From: Octopus bimaculoides
Taxonomy: Eukaryota
Length of the DNA stretch: 64,000 bases
Reading direction: 5' to 3'
NCBI RefSeq assembly: GCF_001194135.2
Contig: NC_068981.1
Location: 128,366,714 to 128,430,713, forward strand
Under the pieces are notes generated by a model that was not told the origin of the DNA, searched no databases, and saw only the letters and a list, made by a program, of their open reading frames with translations. This document shows positions 27,756-39,055 of this stretch, one piece after another. Position numbers and translations under genes: made by a program. Position 1 is the stretch's first letter. The number at the start of each line of letters is the position of its first letter.

Positions 27756-28383
27756 NNNNNNNNNNNNNNNNNNNNNNNNNNNNNNNNNNNNNNNNNNNNN
27801 NNNNNNNNNNNNNNNNNNNNNNNNNNNNNNNNNNNNNNNNNNNNNNNNNNNNNNNNNNNNNNNNNNNNNNNNNNNNNNNNNNNNNNNNNNNNNNNNNNNN
27901 NNNNNNNNNNNNNNNNNNNNNNNNNNNNNNNNNNNNNNNNNNNNNNNNNNNNNNNNNNNNNNNNNNNNNNNNNNNNNNNNNNNNNNNNNNNNNNNNNNNN
28001 NNNNNNNNNNNNNNNNNNNNNNNNNNNNNNNNNNNNNNNNNNNNNNNNNNNNNNNNNNNNNNNNNNNNNNNNNNNNNNNNNNNNNNNNNNNNNNNNNNNN
28101 NNNNNNNNNNNNNNNNNNNNNNNNNNNNNNNNNNNNNNNNNNNNNNNNNNNNNNNNNNNNNNNNNNNNNNNNNNNNNNNNNNNNNNNNNNNNNNNNNNNN
28201 NNNNNNNNNNNNNNNNNNNNNNNNNNNNNNNNNNNNNNNNNNNNNNNNNNNNNNNNNNNNNNNNNNNNNNNNNNNNNNNNNNNNNNNNNNNNNNNNNNNN
28301 NNNNNNNNNNNNNNNNNNNNNNNNNNNNNNNNNNNNNNNNNNNNNNNNNNNNNNNNNNNNNNNNNNNNNNNNNNNNNNNNNNN
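27756..28383. other. Assembly gap (N run)
   Basis: Continuous N. Confidence 1.
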
Positions 28384-29269
28384 ATATATATATATATATA
28401 CATACATTTATATATACTCTCTCCCTTTCTCTATCTCTCTTTCTCTCTCTCTCACACACATACACACACACATTTATACATACCTTGACTTTACAAAATT
28501 ACTGTAATAATTAAATGCTTTTAAATAGGTTAATTATCATAGCTAACTGTTTTTATTCTCCCCCATCATTAGTAACATTTAGTTAAATTAAGATCTTCAT
28601 TTAAAGAATGTAAGACTGTTCCAAACATATTCTGGACATAAAAACAGAAGTTTGTCACAGGGCAGTTTTGTGCTATATATTTTATATAAATATATAATGC
28701 ACACACACACACACACACACATGCATAGACTACTCCATATACAGTGATGGTGGAAAATTTCTCAGGAAAAAATGATTGGGAGTTGTCTCCACACACAACA
28801 ACAATAACAAGTAACACATAAAATGAAAGCCACTGAAAGCATACTTATAAGTCCTATAATGGTAATAATGGGTATGGTTCTGACCAACACATAAATTGCA
28901 TGGAAGAAGGATGTAATGAAGGGACCAATAAGTAGAAGTAATGTCACAATTTGGCATTCACTTTAAGAATAATAATGCTTCACTAACTTCCATGATGCTT
29001 TTCTTTGTTTTTTGGGGTTTTTTTCTATTTCTTTACAATACAAATTACAATAGGCTAGCTACTAGCTAGCTAATCAGAGTCAAAGATTGGCTGCCAGGGT
29101 CAAAATATGTGGGTCGATCACTTCAGAAACTCTTCTGCCACCAATGCGCTGTAAAGAGAAATCATATATTTCATTTTGTTTTGTTTTGCTTAGTTGGGTA
29201 ATTCTTTTTTTAAATCTTAGACATTAATCGGCGAAACTAAAATATGACCATCACCATCATCATAATCAT

Positions 29270-29770
29270 CATCAACATTATCATCACCAAATAATGTCTG
29301 TTTTCCATGCTGGCATGGGTTGGACGGCTTGACAGAGCTGGCAAGCCAGAAGACTGAGCCAAGTTCTATTGTCTGCTTTGCTAACCACTTTACAGAGTGT
29401 ACAGGGTACTTTTTACATGGCGCTGGAGAAATCACTAAGAAGCTTGCAAGACAAGACAAAGGCCCTTCAACCGAGAGGGGAAGTAGTATTGAGAGAGGTG
29501 GCTATCATGCCAAGTGATGAGAGACAGAAACAGGTGTCTTGCTGTAGAGGAGATACATAGCTACCCTAGTCAGAAAAGGGAGGAGAGATAGAGAGAGAGA
29601 AAATGAGGGAGAAGATGGTGGTAAAAATATGTCAGGGTACAGCAGGGTGAGTATGAGTGGTACAGAAGATTGGACAGGGTAAGCAGGCAGGGAGTTTGCA
29701 AGAGTGTGAAAGGAGAGTGAGAGACAGATCTGTCGTTCTTTAGAATCCATGTCAGCCCAGGTCAAGCAGA
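29270..29770 (-). mobile_element. RTE-associated 3' tail repeat, minus-strand copy
   Basis: Starts with (CAT)n and TTTCCATGCTGGCATGGGTTGGACGG. Same family as the 3' ends at 40860-40970 and 47300-47470. Confidence 0.7.
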
Positions 29771-31404
29771 CCTGTGAATAATGGTTTCTTTTAATGGCTA
29801 TTGTGTTTTTAAGACAATAGGGTAAGATTTGAAGGATAGTTTGGTTGCAATTTCTAGTGGCTTGAGGAGCCATACAGAAACTCCTTTGATATTATATGAC
29901 ATTTGTTAGCTCTGCCTGAGTAGACAAATAATGAAGAGAAAGGCAACCAGAAAAGAATTTCATAAGGATTCCTGACATATTTTCATTATGCACATGCTAG
30001 CATAAAGTGTATAACTTAACCATATATAATTCCAATTTTAAAGATAGGAAGAAAAGTTTTGAGGAAGGTCTGGTAACTGCATTGAGCAAGTAGAATAATT
30101 ACAATGATGCTTTCGCAATGAATATAAGATTATGTATGTATATAAGTATACATGGAAAGATACATGTATGGAATCTTACGTAATTTTCATTGATTTTTTG
30201 TTGTGTTTTTTTTGTCAGGCATACACCATTGTCTGAAAAATGAAAGCATGAACATGTAGTTTAGATGTCTGCTTTTTAAATAATGTTGTTTCAAGGTAAG
30301 AGTCTTGCACAATAGCCTTGAGCCAATCCAAGTCTTAAGAATTTAATCAACAAGACAGAGCCTTTGCAAATGTCCATCACTCTCTATTCATTCTTGGGTG
30401 AGACCTAACTTGTAACCTGGCTTACCACCTGGCTCATGGGTGCCTGGAGTAGAAACTATTATATTGCAAACATTCTGACCAGTTCTCTACCTTGAGGGTA
30501 GTACATGTTGATGGACTATGTCTTACAGTCATATGCAATGAGTCAGGATTCCTTTCCCACTTCCAACCCTCCAGTCTCAGATGGCCTGCAAAAGTTTCAG
30601 GGATTTTAAAAAGAAAATAAAACAAAAGAATGTATGGCTTTAATTATATTTAATTTGAAAATGTTTTCAACTAAACTCAAAATCAGTAGGTACATGTTAC
30701 TGAACACATACTTCTCATTCGTTTTGGGTAATAACCACCAAATTAATTTACATTAAGACAAAATATTTTTTCATAAACAGGATTGACATGTTCGATATTA
30801 AACACACATAATGAGAAAGTGAATCCAATATTTTGCAAAGACAAATTCTTTTTGACATTAGATCCTTTTTGTAAGGATATAAAGTCATCCAAAAAGATTA
30901 ATTGCAAAACTGACCTTGGTGGGATATGAACTCTGAAAGTTAAGAGCTGGAACAAAGATGGAACAAAAACTCAAAGCATTTTATTTCTGATTCTCTAATG
31001 TTTCAGTTGATCCACAATCCTTAATGATAATAATTGTTTCTAAGTTCAACACAAGCCTGAAATTTAGGAGGGGGTTACTGTTATTATATTTTATTGACTC
31101 CAGAAGAATGAAAGGCAAAGTTGATCTCAGAGAAATTTCAACTTAGAATGTAAGGAGCCAGAACAAATACTGCAAAGCATTTTGTCTGATGCTCAAACAA
31201 TTCTGGCAATCCAAACACAAAGCTTGGGCTATAGCTGATTATATCAATCCCATATGTATTTTTTCAACCCTAGACAGATTAAAGATAAAAACTGACCTCC
31301 AAGGATTTCAAATCAGACCATAAAAAGATGTAACTAAATATTATGAGGTAACTTGTCCATCGCTCAACTGATTTTGCTGTCCATTACCTTTGTCTAATAA
31401 TAAT

Positions 31405-31692
31405 ATTAAGTTGTAGGGGCATTCAGAGCACTGATGACCAAGTTCAAGAGATATGTCAAAGAAATTGGAATTGACATGAAAAATTGTTTAGGGACAGCAA
31501 GGATTTGGGGATTAGTGCTTAGGTATTGAGTATCTTTCATGATACGTACTAAGTCTTATAATTCATGGAAAGGGACTCTGAGAGACCTTTGACAATAGGT
31601 TGCTATCCACTTTCAGAGAATTAACTGGAGCAAGTAAGACCAAGATCTCTGAGAAGTATAATAATAATAATAGCAATAATAATAATAATAAT
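31405..31692 (+). mobile_element. 3' end of an R4/Dong-like LINE ending in (TAA)n
   Basis: Translation VVGAFRALMTKFKRYVKEIGIDM..LGTARI resembles the R4-clade RLE C-terminus. A short 3' UTR is followed by an (AAT)n tail, and AATAATAAT also lies on the 5' side. Confidence 0.6.
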
Positions 31693-33057
31693 GCCCTTAA
31701 TGCTTTTTTAAGTAGAGACAGGGTTTTTGGTAACAGAAGGGTTACAATGAAATGAACTGACTTACTATTTCAGTGGTACTAAAACTTCTGAAATCATGTC
31801 CAAACAAAGCATACAAAGGCAATGTAAACATGAACATATGATATGAGGGTAACAAATTTCATACCTTATCTACTTGGCAATTATGTCTCAACAATACCAA
31901 TAATAACAATGATTAATAATTACAACAAGTGATTCTAACATAGGCACATGGCCACAAATATTGAGGCAAGGTGATTAGTCAATTAAATTAGTCCAAGTAC
32001 TTAACTGGTACTTTATTTTACTGATCCTAGAGGGATGAAGAGTAACTTTGGTAGGATTTGAACTCAGAATGCAAGAAGCAGGAACAAATGCTGTAAGGCA
32101 TTTTGTGACATTCTAATGATTCTGCCAATCTACTACCCAATAATTTCCTACATAGACACAAGATCTCAAGTTTGTGAGGGAAGGGCAACTCATTACATCA
32201 ACCTCAGTACTTCATTGGTACTTTATTGACCCCAAAAAGAGGAAAACAAAAGTTGATACAAAATGAAATACGAATAAAAATAACTGGGATTTACATCAAG
32301 TAAAAGGGTGGGATCGACCAAAAATGACAAACTTTATGTGGGAGAATAAAGCGATTGTTAATAAATAAAGTGTTAAAACTTTAAAAAATGAATTAGCAAT
32401 AAATAAAAATAAATTTAAGGTAATAATACACCCCAATCATATTGTTATCCTGTAGTGAGATCCACAAAGGAAAGCTTCTGTACAATGAACCACATCCTTC
32501 ATAAATTTGCATTGGAATTATGTCCTTCCATTGACTTGTTTGACTCATTCTAATTTGATCAGTCATCCACATACAATATACAATCTTAGTAGAGGAACAA
32601 ACTTTTCTATTGTCAGTGTTTCCACAAATAGTATTTAAAGTGAAAGAGCCTTGCAATTCCAATATGTAGTCACTTCCCAGGGATCTGTGCATAATAGAAG
32701 CTACATGGTAGTACGTACATGGCATTGTTCTTTTATGGTGATATTTCCATAAATTGCTAACATAACATTTCTCTATCATAGGCTCAATTAGATGCTAGCA
32801 ACATTTTATGGAAACAAAGTAATACTCCATAATGGCCTAAATCACTACTCTCTGATGAGTCAATAAGACAAGGCCCCAACTTGGAGTCTATTACACAATA
32901 AAGCACTGTCCTCAATTATGTTAGCAGTTATTCCTCTCGATTGCATAAAATATTATGTCAACATGAATTGCACCAATACATGATAGTACTCCTATATGGC
33001 CAACACTATACAGTATGTTTTAAACTGTGTAACGTATTTACTATGAATAAAACTTAC

Positions 33058-33149
33058 CTGGAATATTCATTGTCTTGACTTCAATTTCATCATCCAACAT
33101 CTCAGAAGTTTGTTCCTCAAAAGTTTTCCATTCAATGCTCTCAGCAAAC
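33058..33149 (-). CDS. Exon E of the host gene (FAESIEWKTFEEQTSEMLDDEIEVKTMNIP)
   Basis: ctacag acceptor, CAG|gtaagt donor, 92 nt. Only one frame is open, and its phase-2 start matches the end of exon D. Confidence 0.75.
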
Positions 33150-33725
33150 CTGTAGCAGAAGTAGAATAGTGACATTTCAGCTATAGGGATACGCACAGAG
33201 ATATTGGGATACACACATGGTTATAGAGAGAGAGATACACACAGTAACTATTAATGACAATCAAAATTTCATGGAGAAATCAGGAGCTTCTACAAGATCT
33301 TCAACCTGCAAGAAATAACAGTTTAGTTTCTCTCAAATCACGCCTAAATGAGTTAAATAAAGAAAGACAATGTATTGCTGATACTCAGAGACAGGGTGAT
33401 TACAGCAGGAACATTTTTAATCATACTCAATCAGAGTTAGACAACAACAACAGCACAATCAGAACTCTCGACAGACTGTAGCTGTCATGTAGCAATACTT
33501 CTGCCATGGGGACACAAAGCCCCCCGCCACTTCCCCCATGCCACTATGTTATACACTGCAATCTATATAACTCACTAATTTATACAATTAAAATTCAAGT
33601 ATTAACACAAATATGACTAGAAAGCCTATTCTTCATACTTATTAATATTTATGACATAATTTTAAAAAGTTTTACAATATTTTCAAGAGATATTTTATTG
33701 AAATAAGCTTTATATTATAAGAGAT

Positions 33726-34110
33726 TGTAGCGCACTTCTCTCTCTCTCTGTTATATATACATGGATGAGGACGTAGTGGATAACAGCTAGCCTTTGGCCG
33801 CATCTTTGGACCCTGTTGTGTCCACCACTCTGATTGGTTGGTATTGGTGCATTTTGCCTCCTGTTCTATTTCGTGCCAGGGTGCAACCGAACCAATCGCA
33901 GCCTTCAGAAAAGGCTATCCACGCGACCTTATCTGAATGCTGCGATTGGTTGGGTTGCACCCTGGCACAAAATAGAACAGGAGACAAAATGCGCCAATAC
34001 CAACCAATCAGAGTGGTGGACACAATAGGGTCCAAAGACGCAGCCAAAGGCTAGCTGTTATCCACTTGTCTGCATCCATGCATATATAACAGAGAGAGAA
34101 GTACTCTACA
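33726..34110. repeat. 385-bp foldback (long inverted repeat) with TGTAG...CTACA ends
   Basis: Arms 33726-33909 and 33932-34110 are near-perfect reverse complements around a 22-nt loop. This explains the mirror-image ORFs 33787-34047(-) and 33794-34054(+). Confidence 0.97.
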
Positions 34111-34283
34111 GAGCCCCCCACCAGTCATTTTGTGTAAGACCAAATAGATGATAAAGGATGAAATAACTGTAGCGAAAAGGAGAAAGAGCGGTTGGTCATG
34201 AGGCTGGCACTGGGTCACCATTTTGTAAATGTCCATGTGAACGTCAGACTGCATGTTGGAATCACGTCAGGCATGACCGCATG

Positions 34284-34301
34284 ATCACGTCGGGATCACC
34301 A
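34284..34301 (-). promoter_or_regulatory. Primer-binding site complementary to tRNA-Trp
   Basis: Minus strand TGGTGATCCCGACGTGAT is 17/18 identical to the complement of the metazoan tRNA-Trp(CCA) 3' end (TGGTGACCCCGACGTGAT) and lies 2 nt after the LTR end. Confidence 0.85.
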
Positions 34302-34303
34302 AT

Positions 34304-34735
34304 TGTAGGAAGTGAGGTTGGCACTGGATAGGTGCCTCACAAATCCTTACATAATCGTGGAAGGAAAATAGCGGAACAAGAATATCCGAACAAACAACAA
34401 TATTTATTTTCTGTCTGTACAAGCGTTACATCTCTGGACAATGAGTAGGCAGGCCACCTTGGTGTGCAAGCAGCAGAGTCGGTTTAATCACAAATGTGAA
34501 GGCATTCTTCACAGGTTAGCCAACGTCGTGTGACACCTTCAGAACTCCAGCTACACAGAGCTGGTCAAGTTGCGTGCAGCTCGGTCGGCAGCAAGGGCAA
34601 ATAGAGAGGATGGTGGTCAAGCCTAGCGGCTGCTGATGAATGGGCATGCACATAAGGGGTTTCTGGAAGGCTCTAATCCCTGCGCATGAATGGATGAAAA
34701 TCCCAAAATAGTGATTGGAACCAGGTGTCACTACA
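34304..34735 (-). mobile_element. LTR (432 bp) of a Gypsy-type retrotransposon
   Basis: TGTAG...CTACA termini, AATAAA about 95 nt before the 3' end, immediately followed by a Trp PBS. Confidence 0.8.
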
Positions 34736-34753
34736 AGATCATATCATAGGATA

Positions 34754-34805
<52 letters not shown>

Positions 34806-34901
34806 TATATATAATTGATTGAAACAATTACAAGTGAAGATGATTAATTTGCTGTTAATAATAAACAATTATTAACTTTCTAATCTCCATTTCTTTTTCT
34901 T

Positions 34902-34963
<62 letters not shown>

Positions 34964-35999
34964 CATGACAGCTGGAAATCTGGAGAAGATTGCAGAATCA
35001 GAATATCACATCAATGCTTGTCTAGAACAAAATCATTTTCTAAGTTTATATTTTACTTGAAAGATCTTTGATTTTCAGCCTTCCATAGAGAATATACTAT
35101 GCAGTAGTAATAATAATATACAGAATCACTCTGTGTACACACTGATACACCTTCTAAACTCGCCCTCTCTCAAGACTATCTACTTCACCACTTTACATGC
35201 AAAGTTGGCAAGTGTGGAAAGATCTTTGGGCACTTTAGTTTAATAAAGTGATTGAACTTGACAGTGTTCCTTCTATCTTCCTTGACACTTTATTATTTAA
35301 ACTGGTCATATATGTCCCAAATATTCTGCCTGTTTTATGTTTAAACTGGCCAGACCCAGACTCTTACACCCACCCTACAATGTCATTCTAAAAATTTACT
35401 CTCACATAAAAATCTCAAAGTTACAAGATAATGCATGATGACTTCAAAACAATGTGAATAAATACAAATTAAATTTGACAGAATAGTCTGAGTCCTAAAG
35501 TGTTAAACAATATGCTCTGAAATGTCCACTGTCCTCACAAAACACTTCAACCTTTTTCTCTCAACAATGGACCAAAGGAAGTCTGCCTCAGTATATTTAT
35601 TCCACCTAGAACAACTGATAGACCTTTTTGACTTTCCCAACTACCAGCCTATCAAGTGCACTTCTAACATTTCAGTAATGACAGAAACCATCACAAACAG
35701 ACCAACCACATTATTCATCATCTTGAGTTGATTTCTTTCCACAAAGGACGCCAGTGTGGTTTCTATAGAGCCAGATCTACCAGACTTGCTCTCCTACATC
35801 ATGCACAATTTGTCTCTCTTTCATTACTTTTCTTCTTATTTCTCTGCTCACAGAGAAACAGATGATGAAGAAATGAATAGTCTCGAGTATGCTGTGCTGT
35901 TTATGACTAGTCTAAACTTAATTATCTAAGACAACACCACAGCAACAGTGACCTCCACATATAAAACTTAATCAAAACAGTCATATAAGCAAAGGGATC

Positions 36000-36780
36000 A
36001 TTTCTATAAAGTGCTCTTGCAGATTATCTCAGTAATGAATTACATTGACTTCATTATCACAACTGGAAACTTTAATGAATAAGTTGGGCGACATCCTGAT
36101 GGATACTCCAACATACATAGAGATATAATACAAGCAATGTAAAGGTAACCAAAGCTTTTGTAGTTTTATGATACAAATGACCTAACCATCAGTAACACTA
36201 ACTGCAGGAGGCTGACCAGCCATCATTTCACCAACCAATCAGATGAATGTGCAAACCAGATAGACTTCATACTCACCAAGAATGAGCTTGGCAGTTGACT
36301 ACAAATATTGAATTTTTACCTGGTGAAGAATGTAACATACAATATAGAACAGTGATTAGTGTCAACAGAATAAGAGTTAGATGGACCCAGAGATACAAGA
36401 CAATTTGGAGAAGGAAAATACAGAAGCAGAAAGATCTCTTTGATATATTCATTAGTAAGTACTTCAAAGAAGTACTAGATAAGGAATATATGAAGAAAAG
36501 TGAGACAGAGACCTAATAACATAGAGGATGAGAGTTTATGTAAGGCAAGCTGATGTGAGCAGTAGACCAAATCTGTAGATGGAATGAGGTTGCAGCTAGA
36601 AGGAAGGTGATATATTGGTGGAATGGCATGGTAAATGAGGCCATAAAATAAGATAACCTTGGAAAGATTTGGAATAAAGTAAGGAGAGCAAGGGACAGTA
36701 GCAAATAGCTTAAAGATTAAGTCAGATGGCAGGTATATACAAAATGGAGAGAAGTTGAAAAAGTAAGAAGTTTGCAAAAG
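36000..36780 (+). mobile_element. Highly degenerate RTE-clade LINE fragment (APE C-terminus and linker)
   Basis: QIDFILT and FLPGEECNIQYRTVISV..IWRRKI match the RTE endonuclease C-terminus. Confidence 0.65.
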
Positions 36781-36789
36781 CTAATCAAT

Positions 36790-38790
36790 GAAAGAATGAA
36801 GAATAAGAGGGGGCTGAGGACTGATCCTTGGTGAACCCCTATTTCTGCTCAGAATTCTCTATACTCGTTACCAACCCTCACCTTACTGACAGCATCTCTG
36901 TACAGGGCTTGTACATCTCTTACCAACCACTCGTCTATCCCCAGTTTTCACATTGACCACCAGATAAGGGACCAGGGGCCTCTGTCAAAGGCTTTCTCCA
37001 AGTCAACAAAAGCCAAGAACAGAGGTTTATCTTTGGCTAGATATTTCTCCTGCAGTTGCCTGACCAGTGGTGCTTCTGCCAGGCACAAAACCAAATTGCA
37101 TCTCATCTAGGCTAACTTTCTCCCTAATTAGTTGGGCTATGACCCTCTGTAACTTTCATCACCTGATCCAATAATTTGATACACCTGTAGTTATTTCTAT
37201 CTAAAGCATCACCTTTACCTTTGTAGCAGTTAACTATGGTGCAGTCATTGGGTATGACTCCTTCATGAACTACCTGATTTACAATGCGGGTGACAAGACC
37301 ATACCCACACCACCCGATATTTTAAGCATCTCAGCAGTGATTCCTGATTGGCCAGGTGCTTTCCACCTTCATATCCCTAATTACTTTATTTACCAGGGTC
37401 CTGTCAATTCGGGTAGCTGATCCTCCAATTGGGTCAACCCTTGGCAGACTCTCCTCCTCCCGTTCATTCTCCACATTCAGCAGTCTTTCATAATGGCATC
37501 TCTAAGCCTCTTTCTTTGCAGAATCATTAAACGCAAGGGCACCATCATCCATATGGACACATTTCTCTATGATTTCACAGTTTGCTCTCACACACTGTCT
37601 TGCAATCCAAGATACTTCAGTTCTTTGGTCCTCGCGTTGCTGAACATTGGCAAACTTCTTCTTTTCTGCTACCTCCTTGGCTGTATATACCTGTCTCCTA
37701 ACTTCCCTTTCAGCTGTCTGATACATTCTTCTGCTACCAGGACTTCCGGGCTTGTTTCTTTGCTCTAATGGCCCTGTCTACAGTATTGTTCCACAACCAT
37801 GTTACCTTAGGTCTGAAAGGGACTTTGCACCAGCCACAAATTTGGTCTGTGGCGCTCAGCAAGCTGTCTCACAGGAATTCCCAGCTGCCTTCTATGTCAC
37901 AGGACTGTAGCTCCGTATCATCAAATTTCTCCATAAGAATATCCCTAAACCTCTGACCATGTGAAGGGTTCTTAAGCTTCCAAGTCCTTCTTTTCCAGAT
38001 TGATTTGCTTTCTGGTATCCTTCTGAACTTGAGTCTAAAGTCACTAATAACTAGTCTATGTTGGGGGTACATTCTTCACCAGGAAGAGTCTTTGTATTTA
38101 AGAGCAACCATGCATCTCACTGTCTCGTAAGAATGAAATCAATCTGGCAAGCAGAGTCACCTGATTGATAGATTATTAAGAGGCTAGCTGGCTTCTTGAA
38201 GTTGGTGTTGCAGATCAACAGGTCATTCGCATCGCAGAACTCCAGGAGCCTAGTTCCCCCTTCATTTCTAGTACCAATTCCATGGCCCCCATGTACACCA
38301 TGGAAGATACCAGGTTGCTGTCCAACACACCCATTAAAATCTCCAGCCACAAAGATGAGATCATTGTCACTCATCTTTGAGGTAGCCTGCACAAGAATAT
38401 CATAAAAGTGATCCTTCTGTTCATTTGATAGGTCTGCTTGTGGGGCGGAGGCAGAGATAATTGTAGCTATACCATTCTGCAAGACTAGCCTGAGTTTAAG
38501 TACTCTATTACACACCCTCACTACTTCTATGACCTTATCTACCCATTTCTATGCAAGAAGTATGCCCACACCCCCTATTCCATCACTATTACCTTCCCAG
38601 AAGAGTTTATACCTATGTGCTTTGCCTGGGAGGACCCTGGCTGAAGCTCCTCTCCACCTTACCTCTTGTACGCAACATACATCAACATGTCTCCATTCAT
38701 GAATCTCTACAATCTCACTAGACCTACCTTTCAATGTGCCTACATTTACAGTGCCAACTCTGAAAACTGGAAAAGAGACATAGGAGGTAA
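36790..38790 (-). mobile_element. RTE-clade LINE, 5' half (APE domain to mid-RT), degenerate
   Basis: APE motifs RVGTVNVGTLKGRSSEIVE..DVCCVQEVRW, AGDFNG, RLLEFCDAN and QIDFIL. RT motifs FVDLEKAFDR and GVHQGSVLSPLLF near 36810-37020. Confidence 0.9.
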
Positions 38791-39045
38791 CACAGAAAGG
38801 AGAGATGCTATTCAGCACCTGTAAAGAAGATTCCTATGATCATTTGGTAACAGACGTCATAAAAGTTGTTCTTGCTTTTAACCTACATGTTAGAACTGTT
38901 ACGGTTGTTGCCTCTACTGGGGTGTGAGAGTAATGAAGCATTGTATATGAAAGTGTTTGGGGCATTGTAAATATAAGCATTATAAGCATTATAGGTGTAA
39001 ACATTACTGATGCTGCACATATAAATATTTAAAAAAAGATGGGGG

Positions 39046-39055
39046 NNNNNNNNNN
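39046..39055. other. Assembly gap (10 N)
   Basis: Continuous N. Confidence 1.

Noticed and set aside
32393-33000. 128-aa ORF and a CIGAI motif hinting at a Harbinger transposase
   Set aside because: Only a 5-residue resemblance amid stops; no TIRs recognised.
33787-34054. Mirror-image 86-aa ORFs on both strands
   Set aside because: A consequence of the palindrome; no independent sign of coding.
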